Below are positions 17,692 through 27,522 of a DNA stretch of 64,000 nt, one piece after another. The stretch is taken from NCBI GenBank assembly GCA_947632485.1, contig CANRPJ010000011.1:17852-81851 (forward strand), read 5' to 3'. This DNA comes from an uncultured Muribaculaceae bacterium. Its GTDB lineage: Bacteria; Bacteroidota; Bacteroidia; Bacteroidales; Muribaculaceae. Made by a program: the position numbers and the translations under genes. Under the pieces are notes generated by a model. It did not search any database and had not been told where the DNA came from. It saw only the letters and a program-made list of their open reading frames with translations. Positions within the stretch are counted from its first letter, which is position 1, and each line of letters starts with the position of its first letter.

Positions 17692-19935
17692 TCATTTGCG
17701 CCGGCGCTGACCCTTGCCGTCGCGATGCTTCGGCGCGGTCTTACGCTTGCCACGCGGACCGCTCTCCACCGGGGGCAACGGCTTGTTGGGGTTACCCTTA
17801 TCGGCCACAAGAGCGAAATCCAGGGTCTTGCGGTCGAGATCCGCACGGGCCACCTGCACTGTCACCTCATCGCCAAGAGTATAGCGCATACCGGTGCGCC
17901 GACCCACCAGGCAATAGTTCTTCTCATCGAAGTCGTAGTAGTCGTTCTCCAGGTCGCGCACGGGCACGAGGCTTTCGCAGAGATTTTCATTGAGTTCCAC
18001 GTAGAAACCCCATTCGGTCACTCCCGAAATCACGCCGCTGTAGATCTCCCCGAGGCGGTCGCGCATATATTCTACCTGCTTATATTTGATCGAGGCGCGC
18101 TCGGCATTGGCCGCGAGCTGCTCCTGCGCCGACGAATGGTCGCACTGGGTCTCGGCCTTGAGGCGGTCTACACTGCGGCCTCCGTGGTCGTAGCGGTCGA
18201 GCAGACGATGCACCATCATGTCGGGATAGCGGCGGATAGGCGATGTGAAATGCGTGTAATAATCGAGCGCGAGTCCATAATGGCCGATATTCTCGACGGT
18301 ATATTCCGCCTTTGCCATCGACCTGATAGCCAGGATAGAGAGCATATTCTCCTCACCGCGGCCCTTCACCTCGCGCAGCATCTTGTTGAGACTCTTGTTT
18401 ACGGCGCGGGCATTGCCGTCAACGGCGATCTTGAATCCGAAGCGCGACGCAATGGTAGCCAGATTACTGATCTTCTCCGGGTCGGGCGCAGCGTGCACGC
18501 GATACACGAAGGTCTTCGGCTTCTGCGGCGGCTTAACGGCTCCTATATGGGCGGCCACAGTCTGATTAGCCAGAAGCATGAACTCCTCGATCAGCTTATT
18601 GGCGGCCTTCTGCTCCTTGAAAAACACGTCGACCGGGTGCCCCTTGTCGTCGATCTTGAAACGCACCTCGGGGCGTCCGAACTCCAGCGCTCCCTCTTCG
18701 AAGCGACGGCGGCGCATAAGCTCTGCAAGCCTGTTGAGAGCCAGTATCTCCTTGGCGTAGTCGCCCTTACCGGTCTCGATTATCTGCTGCGCCTCCTCGT
18801 AGGTGAAGCGGCGGTTGCTGCAGATCACGGTGCGGCCTATGCGGTAGTTTACCACACGAGCCTTTGAATCCATCTCGAATATGGCGGAGTATGTGAGCTT
18901 CTCCTCATTGGGCCTCAGGGAGCAGATGCCGTTGGAGAGATGCTCCGGGAGCATCGGGATAGTACGGTCCACGAGATAAACGCTCGTGGCGCGGCTCTGC
19001 GCCTCCTTGTCGATTATGGATCCGGGGCGCACATAGTGGGTCACGTCGGCTATATGCACACCAATCTCGAAATTGCCATTGCTGAGGCGGCGGATAGAGA
19101 GGGCATCGTCGAAATCCTTGGCATCCTGCGGGTCGATGGTGAAGGTGGTGACATGGCGGAAGTCTTCCCTCTTAGCCACTTCCTCCGGGGTGATTCCGGC
19201 CTCAATCTTATCGGCAGCCTTCTCTACAGCCTGCGGGTAGCGGTAAGGCAGCCCGAATTCGGCGAGAATAGCATGCATCTCGGCGGTATTCTCCCCTTTC
19301 TGACCGAGAATATCTACTACCTCGCCACGGGGATTCATCTCATTGTCGCGCCACTGGGTGATTCTCGCAATGGCCTTGTCGCCAGTCTTGCCTCCCTTGA
19401 GCTTCCCGCGGGGGATAATTATATCGGCGGCGAGGAATTTGGAGTCGGTGACGAGAGCGGCATAGCTCGGCTCCACCTGCAAGGTGCCGATAAATACCTG
19501 CTCCTTCGGCTCAATAATCTCAACTACCTTGGCCTCAGGCTCCTGACCCTTGCGGGAGGCGGATACGATCACCCGCACCTTATCGCCATTGAGGGCATGC
19601 ATCGAATTGCGCTCGGCCACCATGATCTGCTCATCGTCGATCACCACAGCATTGCGTCCGGTGCTGCGACGCACGAAATAGCCCACATTCTCGGTGCCGC
19701 GGTTGGCCTTCGCCTTGTAGCGGCCGAGACTCACCTCCTGAATCTCATCGAGATCGACCAACTCATCGAGCAGGTTGATCAGATCCATGCGCTGCGAGGG
19801 TGCGGCATCGATTGCAAATGCTATCTGCTTATAATTGAAAGCCTGGCGATGCTCCTTCTGGAGGAAGGCCATCACCTTCTCGGCAAGTTCCTGTTTTTTC
19901 ATGCGGCGAGCCGGCGCCGCTACTGATTTCTTCAT
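17692..19935 (-). CDS. rnr: ribonuclease R
   Basis: TIDPQDAKDFDDALS, GVHIADV, YTHFTSPIRRYPD, a C-terminal S1 domain and a basic tail. Confidence 0.96.
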   Translation of the reverse strand: MKKSVAAPARRMKKQELAEKVMAFLQKEHRQAFNYKQIAFAIDAAPSQRMDLINLLDELVDLDEIQEVSLGRYKAKANRGTENVGYFVRRSTGRNAVVIDDEQIMVAERNSMHALNGDKVRVIVSASRKGQEPEAKVVEIIEPKEQVFIGTLQVEPSYAALVTDSKFLAADIIIPRGKLKGGKTGDKAIARITQWRDNEMNPRGEVVDILGQKGENTAEMHAILAEFGLPYRYPQAVEKAADKIEAGITPEEVAKREDFRHVTTFTIDPQDAKDFDDALSIRRLSNGNFEIGVHIADVTHYVRPGSIIDKEAQSRATSVYLVDRTIPMLPEHLSNGICSLRPNEEKLTYSAIFEMDSKARVVNYRIGRTVICSNRRFTYEEAQQIIETGKGDYAKEILALNRLAELMRRRRFEEGALEFGRPEVRFKIDDKGHPVDVFFKEQKAANKLIEEFMLLANQTVAAHIGAVKPPQKPKTFVYRVHAAPDPEKISNLATIASRFGFKIAVDGNARAVNKSLNKMLREVKGRGEENMLSILAIRSMAKAEYTVENIGHYGLALDYYTHFTSPIRRYPDMMVHRLLDRYDHGGRSVDRLKAETQCDHSSAQEQLAANAERASIKYKQVEYMRDRLGEIYSGVISGVTEWGFYVELNENLCESLVPVRDLENDYYDFDEKNYCLVGRRTGMRYTLGDEVTVQVARADLDRKTLDFALVADKGNPNKPLPPVESGPRGKRKTAPKHRDGKGQRRRK

Positions 19936-20025
19936 AACGGTGTGGAATTATTAGACAGGCGAGACAGCTCCCGCCTATCTAATAAACGCAGAGATAGCAC
20001 ATTTTGATGTGGAAAGCTTAAAAAT

Positions 20026-22098
20026 TTATCTTCCGCCGGTCTTTGAGGCATCGATGTTTGCATCTACGTCGACCAGTTTATTAGCTCCCCTCTTCTGCCT
20101 TCCCCATTGCAGATTATAGCTCACCTGCAGGTAGGGCATGCGCATATCGATGCGCCGGTGCTGCTCGTTGCGATTCCATTTGCTGAGCGACTTCGAACCT
20201 ATGTCATATTTTCCGAAAGGCATGATCACACCCGCCTGAAACTGCCATTGCTTCCAGCCGTAGCCGAGAGTCACCACATTGATACTCTCGCCCCATGAAA
20301 TCTTCTCGCCCCAGAGATCGCGCTGGGAGCGGATATAAATGCCGCTCAGAGTGAAGCCCCAGTGCGTCAGCTGAATGGTAGCATTGCCGCTCCAGGCGTT
20401 GTTGTGGAGGTCGTAGCAGGTGCCGCGCATGCGCTCTATGCGATATTGCAGTGTGCCGCTCGCCATGAGCCAGTCAGGAATAATCTCGACCTGCGGAGAG
20501 AGGAAAAAGTCGAGATTCTGCAGGCCGCGGCTGTTTTCGTAGGTCGTGACCTGTTTCTGACCTTCCCATGAAAGCAGGGGCGTGATAGCGTCGGGCGAGG
20601 TGTAGGCGCGCACTCCGAAGGAGCCGTTGGCGCGCGGGAGATTGAAACCATAGCGGAAGGTAAGCATATAGGAACTGGAGGTCTTCAGATTCTGATTACC
20701 CACAAGCCACTGGAAACCATCGAGCTGCTGAGGCACGGCGTTGGTCTCTTCCAGTGAGGGCGCCGACTGCCACGACGTGAAATTCAGCTGGAAATTATGA
20801 TTCGGCGCAGGTGAGTAGGTCAGCGATGCCTGCGGGCGCAGATTCCAGGAATGAGTGGAGAGGCCGGATTCGCGGAAGCGGAAACCGGTGAACTGCGCGC
20901 CTAATCCGGCTGTGGCCGACCAGCGGCCGAAGCGCCGGAAATATTCGGCAAAGAAATAGACCTTTTGCTGACTCTGATGGAACACATCGCCTCCAAGGCT
21001 CTCATATTCCGACCGATTGCGGTTGGCCGTGTAGGTAACTCCGGTCGTGAGGCGCGATTTACGCCAGCTCTTCACGTAGTCGGCCTCAATGGCATAGACC
21101 TGGTTGCGGTCCTTTATTCCCGTAATGACATCGGTAAGCAGCGCCCCGGCATCGGCGTAGCGCTCCTTATAATCTGAATATGAGCGACCGAAATAGAGCG
21201 AACTCTTGAAATCGACAATCAGCATCTGGCTGGCATTGAAATTCTGCTGCCAATAGATGGAGAGATTCGGCGTGGTGCCCGACGAGCCTTGCGATTCGGT
21301 AAGATCAATGGAACGGCTGCCGTCGCTGAGGGTAAGGAGGCCATTATAGCGCACCCGCTCGTTGAAATTGTCGTGGAAGGAAAGCTGCACCATCAATACG
21401 GTGGTATCGGGCTTTATATAGCTGTAGGAGGCATAGGCGTAGGCCATAGTATTGTCCATAGTGCCGCCGTTAGAGGTCTCCTTCCGGGTGAGCGACGATC
21501 CGTCGGGGTAGGTGAAAGTCTCGGTATAGTCGCGATGGGTCTTGATCTTGTTGGTTATCTTGTAATTACCGCCCACCTCCCACTGCGAGCGCCCGGAATT
21601 GAGCTTCATATCGGCCATATATTCGCCCCAGGCGGCGTTGAGAGCTGGTCTGGCCCGAGCCATCAGGGAGCCGCCGAGCGTGGGATTGCTGACTATGAAA
21701 TTGAGCACATGGGAGGCACCGCCATAGCGCAACCCGGGATTGTCGATCCATTCCACGCGCCTGATGGTCTCCGGCAGCAGCGCCCTCACCTGATCGATGG
21801 AGGACTCGCGGCCGTTGATGCGTAATTGCACCGATTCGCCACTGGCCTTAATCGAGCCGAGAGCTTCATCTACTGAGAGCGCCGGAATCATGAGGTTGCC
21901 GAGAAGCTGCAACCCGTTGCGGGAATTATCTACAGCACTCTGCGAGGGGTGGTACACGTCCATATCCGCCTTGCGTATCACTTTGGGCGCCTGTATCACC
22001 ACTTCCTCAAGCATCTTGGCATCTTCCTGGTCCTGAGCCATAGCCTGAGCTGCAAAAGCGGCCAGAACTACGATAAAAATCTTCTTCGACATAAGCAT
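20026..22098 (-). CDS. outer-membrane beta-barrel / TonB-dependent receptor-like protein
   Basis: Signal peptide, plug-like segment (LRINGRE..IRRVEWIDNPGLRY..VLNFI), amphipathic beta strands, GNQNLK and SYNLQWG near the C-terminus. Confidence 0.8.
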   Translation of the reverse strand: MLMSKKIFIVVLAAFAAQAMAQDQEDAKMLEEVVIQAPKVIRKADMDVYHPSQSAVDNSRNGLQLLGNLMIPALSVDEALGSIKASGESVQLRINGRESSIDQVRALLPETIRRVEWIDNPGLRYGGASHVLNFIVSNPTLGGSLMARARPALNAAWGEYMADMKLNSGRSQWEVGGNYKITNKIKTHRDYTETFTYPDGSSLTRKETSNGGTMDNTMAYAYASYSYIKPDTTVLMVQLSFHDNFNERVRYNGLLTLSDGSRSIDLTESQGSSGTTPNLSIYWQQNFNASQMLIVDFKSSLYFGRSYSDYKERYADAGALLTDVITGIKDRNQVYAIEADYVKSWRKSRLTTGVTYTANRNRSEYESLGGDVFHQSQQKVYFFAEYFRRFGRWSATAGLGAQFTGFRFRESGLSTHSWNLRPQASLTYSPAPNHNFQLNFTSWQSAPSLEETNAVPQQLDGFQWLVGNQNLKTSSSYMLTFRYGFNLPRANGSFGVRAYTSPDAITPLLSWEGQKQVTTYENSRGLQNLDFFLSPQVEIIPDWLMASGTLQYRIERMRGTCYDLHNNAWSGNATIQLTHWGFTLSGIYIRSQRDLWGEKISWGESINVVTLGYGWKQWQFQAGVIMPFGKYDIGSKSLSKWNRNEQHRRIDMRMPYLQVSYNLQWGRQKRGANKLVDVDANIDASKTGGR

Positions 22099-22120
22099 CA
22101 GTTTTTAATTTTCACTGATG

Positions 22121-22153
22121 CAAAATTATACCTGAAAGGATCTTAACGCCAAA
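22121..22153 (-). promoter_or_regulatory. sigma-A promoter for the beta-barrel gene
   Basis: TTTG (22150-22153), a 21-nt spacer, then TAATTTTG (22121-22128). Confidence 0.75.
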
Positions 22154-22248
22154 GATAAAAGTCTTAATAAGACTCAGACAAATACCTGATTTCCAGATAG
22201 GTATTGCAAGAAATATCTAAATCTGCATCGGGCGCTTCTAAAGCCGGC

Positions 22249-23910
22249 TTAAGCCTCCCCTTCCTGCTGCCTCGCGGCCTTGAGGAAAGAGATGATATCC
22301 TCCTTTTCCGGGAGTTCGAGCTTCTTCCTGACCGCTGACTTGCGCACATAGATAGTGGCAGCGGTCTGCCCGGTAATCACCCCGATCTCCTTGGTGGAGA
22401 AACCGGCCAGCATCAGCACGATTATCTGCTCCTCCTTATCCGACAGACGGGCTCCGAAGCGATCGTGAAGCCACGTATAGAAGCCGGAATAGAGATTGTC
22501 GATCAAGTCATATACGTTTTTCCAGTTCACGAGCGAGCCGCCCGTATCCCCTTCCATCGATGAAATGCGGCGCAGCATCTCACGGTTCTGTTCCGTAGGC
22601 ACTTCCGCCACCATCTTGATGATGCCGAGCTGCTGAAGCATCGCCTGGCGAAGAGCGCGGTCGTTGGCAGAAGCCCTATTTGTTTTGAGCTCTTCCACCA
22701 TGCTATGCAATGCCTCTGCCCGCTCCTCAGCCTCGGCAGCCTTGCGGCGGCGACTGCCTACAGCCCAGAGCGCCACTCCTGCGGCAAGCGCGGCGGCCAG
22801 CAGCAGGATTATGATGATTGATGCCTGGCGCCCCGCGCGCGCCTTCAGGGCCATTCTCTTGCTTTCGAGCCGGAAGGCGTTGAGCTCCGATTCGCGGCGC
22901 ATCGTCTGGGTTCGCTGGTAATACTCCTTCTGGCGATTGTTGGTCTGCGCCATGTGGAGCACCTTGAGGGCACCGTTTTCCTTATACGACATCACAGTGC
23001 GCAGCATATTGGCGAATGTATCGTAGTAACCTTTCTCCGCCTCGGAAATCCCTGCGGCGCAGCTATCCGCAATCAGAAGCTCACGCTTCGACAGGTCTGA
23101 CCGGCCCATATTGAACCAGTTTACGGCTTTCCAGAGGTGCAGATAATGCTGCACGGAGGCAGCTGGAGCGCTCCGCATCATGGAATCGGCAAGAGCCATG
23201 CTTTCTAAGTAGCGGCCCGACTCCTCAAGACTTCCGATTTTCTCAAATTTATAGCTGAACTCGCCGTAGCTGTCGCCATCAGCCTTAGCCTGAGCTATCA
23301 GATCGTCGAGCACCATGATGGCGGAATCGCTATGGTCTCCGAAAATGGATTCGAGATAGAGCCAGTAGCGGTATTCGCGCTGCATCGCCGAATCAGGATC
23401 AATCTCCATGAGCCTGCGCACCCTTTGCTCATTGCCTTCGTATTCAATTAATTGAGCTCCCAGCCTGACGCGGCTACGCAGCGGGAAAATCAGCAGACTG
23501 TCGGGCAGATTGCTGATAGCGGCAATGGAGTCGAGCAGAGCGAAGGAGCGCTCTACCTGACCGCCATAAAACAAATGCCAGGCATAGAGAGTGCCGGCTG
23601 CTACCTCCCGCCTGAGATCTTTCCCTTTATAATAATTGTAGGAGAAACTGATAAGCGAATCGGCTAAGGCGGGGCGATTCTGATTTCTATGAGCCTGAGT
23701 AATAAGGTAATAACACTTCGCTTTCAGAGAATCGTCTCCAAGCTCGGAAGGCTCGATAGCGTCGATCAAGCTAAGCGCGCTGTCAGGATTGGAGTGTACT
23801 ATCCTTTCCGCATCAGACAGGGTGCGCGCGTAGCGACCTGAAGGCCCCGCACACGCCCCCAGCATCAGCACGACCGCCAAAATCACCGGAAAAACCCTCA
23901 CCCTCCTCAT
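22249..23910 (-). CDS. membrane-anchored TPR sensor with C-terminal LuxR-type HTH regulator
   Basis: N-terminal signal, periplasmic TPR-like helices, one TM helix, a coiled coil and HTH LSDKEEQIIVLMLAGFSTKEI..TIYVRKSAVRKKL. Confidence 0.85.
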   Translation of the reverse strand: MRRVRVFPVILAVVLMLGACAGPSGRYARTLSDAERIVHSNPDSALSLIDAIEPSELGDDSLKAKCYYLITQAHRNQNRPALADSLISFSYNYYKGKDLRREVAAGTLYAWHLFYGGQVERSFALLDSIAAISNLPDSLLIFPLRSRVRLGAQLIEYEGNEQRVRRLMEIDPDSAMQREYRYWLYLESIFGDHSDSAIMVLDDLIAQAKADGDSYGEFSYKFEKIGSLEESGRYLESMALADSMMRSAPAASVQHYLHLWKAVNWFNMGRSDLSKRELLIADSCAAGISEAEKGYYDTFANMLRTVMSYKENGALKVLHMAQTNNRQKEYYQRTQTMRRESELNAFRLESKRMALKARAGRQASIIIILLLAAALAAGVALWAVGSRRRKAAEAEERAEALHSMVEELKTNRASANDRALRQAMLQQLGIIKMVAEVPTEQNREMLRRISSMEGDTGGSLVNWKNVYDLIDNLYSGFYTWLHDRFGARLSDKEEQIIVLMLAGFSTKEIGVITGQTAATIYVRKSAVRKKLELPEKEDIISFLKAARQQEGEA

Positions 23911-23914
23911 CTTG

Positions 23915-24883
23915 TCACTGGAGTTTGGGGCCGATCACGAGGCGTTCGCCGGATAGGTCGACTTCAAACAGCTGAGGGTGGCGGATATAGCGCCCGCGAT
24001 CATTGCGGTGAGAATGAACCGAAAGGAGCCAGCGGCCATCGAAATCTTGGAAAAGCATACCGTGGCCGAAGTCGGGAGGGGTGATCGGATCCGGTTCATG
24101 CACCCACGGGCCACGCAGGGTGCCGCTCGCGGAATAGGCCACACCCTGAGTGTAACGCGAACCGATCCAGGAGGTCCAGATCATTCCGAGGCGCCCGCTA
24201 CCGGTACGGAAAAGCCAGGGGCCGTCGGTCACCATGTTCGGGCGAACCGAGCCATCGTCGGTATGCTCGCGGCTCCAGGGGCACGAGCTTGCCTTGAAAA
24301 GCAGGAAGGGCTCGCCTACCGGACCGGAAAGATCTTCTTTCAACTCTACGGCCTCGATGGTGCCGTCGTGGTTCTGGAGCCATTCGTGGCAATACACCAG
24401 ATAAGGTTTGCCATCGGCATCGCGCCAGAAAGTGCCGTCGAGAGTAGGCATGGAGGCTTTGGTATATTCCTCGGTTCCAAACGGTTTGTAGGGTCCTTCA
24501 GGCCTATCACTCACGAGGATATGGCTCGCACGCCGGGGAATTTTCTCACCGAAGGCCTCGTCGATGATAATAGCTGGGTTGGTGAAGGTGGCGAAGTAAT
24601 AATATTTGCCGCCGTCCTTATGGAGCTCGGCTGCCCAGATCTGAGTACGCGCGCCCATCCAGGAAGTGGTATCGACCTCCACAACCGCGAAAGGGCCTTC
24701 CCACATTTTAAGATCGCGGCTCTTCCAAAGGCGCCCTCCGGTGCCGGTCATATAGTAGGTGGAGTCGGATTCATTGGCTAATATGGCGGGGTCGCTAAGC
24801 ATGATGGAATCGCGGGGAACAAGATTCTGAGCCGTAGAGACCGCGATAATACCGGCAAATATGACTGACAGTAGGAATCTCAT
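23915..24883 (-). CDS. glycoside hydrolase family 43
   Basis: Signal peptide, LSDPAIL, IWAAELH, TLDGTFW, CHEWLQ and TDGPWLF five-bladed propeller motifs. Confidence 0.88.
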   Translation of the reverse strand: MRFLLSVIFAGIIAVSTAQNLVPRDSIMLSDPAILANESDSTYYMTGTGGRLWKSRDLKMWEGPFAVVEVDTTSWMGARTQIWAAELHKDGGKYYYFATFTNPAIIIDEAFGEKIPRRASHILVSDRPEGPYKPFGTEEYTKASMPTLDGTFWRDADGKPYLVYCHEWLQNHDGTIEAVELKEDLSGPVGEPFLLFKASSCPWSREHTDDGSVRPNMVTDGPWLFRTGSGRLGMIWTSWIGSRYTQGVAYSASGTLRGPWVHEPDPITPPDFGHGMLFQDFDGRWLLSVHSHRNDRGRYIRHPQLFEVDLSGERLVIGPKLQ

Positions 24884-26118
24884 CTCTCTTGCGTTAAAAG
24901 TTCATTGAACAAAGATATATACTTTTTCGCTACCGAAGGCGCTGAGAAGCGCTCCATTACGCTCTGACGCATACGCAGCCTAAGCTCCGGACTCTGGACT
25001 TCAAGAGCCCATTCCACACCATCGGCAAGCCTGCGGCCTGCTTCTGCCGTATCGCCGGAATAGGAGGCGATCCACCCGGTCTGCAAATGATCTACTATAT
25101 CCCGCTGGCCTCCGCGGTCAAAGCTAACCGGAACCGCACCAGAGGCCTGACCCTCGATAAGAGTGCCGGGGAGAGTTTCATAAGACGAGGCCGAGACCGC
25201 CACCGCAGCCTGCCTCCATACCCGCTCCGGATCGGATAAAACTCCTAAATGGCGGTGAGGCAAGCCGATACCCTCCAGAGCTGACGGGTCTTTCACACCA
25301 CCGAAGGTGACTACCTCCAACCCGCGCTTGTTTTCCGGATCCCTCCTGGCCAGCTCGCGGGTCATCTCCACAAAGGAGGGAAGACCTTTCACCGGATCGT
25401 CAAGGCGCGCCGCTCCCATAGCGATGATCCTACGCGGCTCCGAGGAAAGATGCTCTTCCGGAAGCGGAAAAGCGTTGGGAATCATCGTAACATGGGCATT
25501 CTTCAAAAGGCTCGACTGGCGGGCTTTCTCCTCCAGCCAGCCGCTGACGGCTACAAACGCTACCGGCAGTTTCGGCCAAAGTCTGCTTTTCTTCTCCCAA
25601 ACCTTGCGGCTCAGGTCGCGCGGCGAGGCTTTCCGACCGAGAAGCGGGCAGGAACCGCACTGCTCCCTGAAACCCTCGCAGGTGCCTGCATGATGGCAGA
25701 TGCCGGTGGCGCACCACATATCGTGCATCGTCCAGACTATCGGCTTTCCCATAGCTCCCAGCCTTCGCAGACCGCGGAGCGAGAGCAGACCCTGATTTAC
25801 CCAGCCCAGACAGACCACATCGGCCTCGCGCACCCAGGGGTGACGCCAGAGCGGCACGCCATCGCTGGCGGAATCTACCTTGAAGAGATCGCTATAGTTC
25901 ATGCCGTTAGCCAGATAGATCTTCAGCCGCTCCTCTACAAAGGGCACAAACAGCCGGAGTTTGCTGGCCACCGGTTTCACCCACTCGCTGTCAGAGCGCT
26001 TCTCGGCCACAAGCATACGCGCATCAACTCCGGCCTCCCTAAGGGCATTCATCAGCCGGAAACTCACCACAGCGGCTCCCCCGGTCAGATCGCTTTTGCT
26101 GATTATCACTACTTTCAT
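24880..26118 (-). CDS. GT4-like glycosyltransferase (WcaC-like)
   Basis: GGAAVVSFRL, WTMHDMWCATGICHH, FVAVSGWL and ETLPGTLIEG. Confidence 0.85.
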   Translation of the reverse strand: MKVVIISKSDLTGGAAVVSFRLMNALREAGVDARMLVAEKRSDSEWVKPVASKLRLFVPFVEERLKIYLANGMNYSDLFKVDSASDGVPLWRHPWVREADVVCLGWVNQGLLSLRGLRRLGAMGKPIVWTMHDMWCATGICHHAGTCEGFREQCGSCPLLGRKASPRDLSRKVWEKKSRLWPKLPVAFVAVSGWLEEKARQSSLLKNAHVTMIPNAFPLPEEHLSSEPRRIIAMGAARLDDPVKGLPSFVEMTRELARRDPENKRGLEVVTFGGVKDPSALEGIGLPHRHLGVLSDPERVWRQAAVAVSASSYETLPGTLIEGQASGAVPVSFDRGGQRDIVDHLQTGWIASYSGDTAEAGRRLADGVEWALEVQSPELRLRMRQSVMERFSAPSVAKKYISLFNELLTQER

Positions 26119-26708
26119 CGGCGCTTCCGGTAGGTTTCAAACCGATAGCTCACACCGCCCTCCTCATGAGGCTCCGACTGCTCTATCAGATCCCATTCGC
26201 CATCTTCGGGAAGGGGCACGCGGGTGTCGGCATCGGGACAAGAGGAGAAAATCCTGGTGAAATATAGCTCCGTGGCAATGGGCCACGCCTGCCGGTAGAT
26301 CTGGCCGCCGCCGATTACGAATACTCTCTCACTGGCGGCACACATCTCGAGAGCTTCCTCAAGGGAAGGGGAGGTATCGGCACCGGCAGCAGGATAGTCA
26401 GGCTGACGGGTCACCACGATATTGCGGCGCCCGGGAAGAGGCTTCTTCGGAAGCGACTCCCAAGTGAGCCGGCCCATCACGACCGGACAACCGAGAGTAG
26501 TTTTCTTGAAATTTTTCAAGTCGCCCGGCAGATGCCAGATCATATCGCCTCCACGACCGATAGCTCCATCTTCAGCAGCAGCCACTATTATGGCTACCTC
26601 AGGGCCGCGCGGCTGAGCCGCCTGCCATGCCCCGGCGGGACGCAGCTGATGAATGGCGCGATCCTTCCGGTCGTCGTCGCTATGCGGGAAGAGAATCGTA
26701 GTTTCCAT
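26115..26708 (-). CDS. folA: dihydrofolate reductase
   Basis: AIG..MIWHLPGDLKNFK, VMGRLTWESLP..PLPGRRNIVV and IGGGQIY, plus an N-terminal extension of about 35 aa. Confidence 0.93.
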   Translation of the reverse strand: METTILFPHSDDDRKDRAIHQLRPAGAWQAAQPRGPEVAIIVAAAEDGAIGRGGDMIWHLPGDLKNFKKTTLGCPVVMGRLTWESLPKKPLPGRRNIVVTRQPDYPAAGADTSPSLEEALEMCAASERVFVIGGGQIYRQAWPIATELYFTRIFSSCPDADTRVPLPEDGEWDLIEQSEPHEEGGVSYRFETYRKRR

Positions 26709-26712
26709 TGAA

Positions 26713-27507
26713 TCAAACCGATACCTGTCCTTTTATGGCAGGCCAGGGGTCGTAGCCCTCCAGTTGGAAATCTTCATAGCGGAAATCGAAGAGGCTCTTC
26801 ACTTCCGGGTTAAGCCTCATGCGCGGCAGCGGGCGCGGCTCACGGCGAAGCTGCTCCTCCACCTGGTCGAGATGGTTGAGATAGATATGGAGGTCGCCGA
26901 AAGTATGCACGAAATCGCCGGCCTCCAGACCGCACACCTGCGCTACCATCTGAAGCAGAAGCGCATAGCTGGCGATATTGAAGGGCACCCCGAGGAAGCT
27001 GTCGGCACTGCGCTGATAGAGCTGCAGCGAGAGGCGCCCGTCGCTCACATAGAACTGGAAGAAGCAATGGCATGGTGGCAGATTCATGCGGTCGAGATCG
27101 CCTACATTCCATGAATTCACTATGATACGCCGCGAATCGGGATTATTCTTGATCTGCTCTACGGCCTCGCTGATCTGATCGATGTGCCCCCCGGAATAGT
27201 CCGGCCAAGAGCGCCACTGGTAGCCGTAGATATGACCCAGATCGCCGTCAGGGCCGGCCCATTCGTTCCAGATGCGCACTCCGTGGTCCTGAAGATACTT
27301 CACATTCGTATCTCCCTTGAGAAACCACAGCAGCTCATAGATGATGCTCTTCAGATGCACCTTCTTGGTGGTCAGAAGCGGGAAGCCGTCGGCCATATTG
27401 AAGCGCATCTGATAGCCGAAGGTAGATATGGTGCCGGTGCCGGTTCGGTCAGCCTTACGGACGCCGTTTTCAAGCACATAGCGAAGAAGATCGAGATATT
27501 GCTGCAT
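26713..27507 (-). CDS. thyA: thymidylate synthase
   Basis: [20 protein letters not shown] and [18 protein letters not shown]. Confidence 0.98.
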   Translation of the reverse strand: MQQYLDLLRYVLENGVRKADRTGTGTISTFGYQMRFNMADGFPLLTTKKVHLKSIIYELLWFLKGDTNVKYLQDHGVRIWNEWAGPDGDLGHIYGYQWRSWPDYSGGHIDQISEAVEQIKNNPDSRRIIVNSWNVGDLDRMNLPPCHCFFQFYVSDGRLSLQLYQRSADSFLGVPFNIASYALLLQMVAQVCGLEAGDFVHTFGDLHIYLNHLDQVEEQLRREPRPLPRMRLNPEVKSLFDFRYEDFQLEGYDPWPAIKGQVSV

Positions 27508-27522
27508 GGATTCTGAGTTAGG

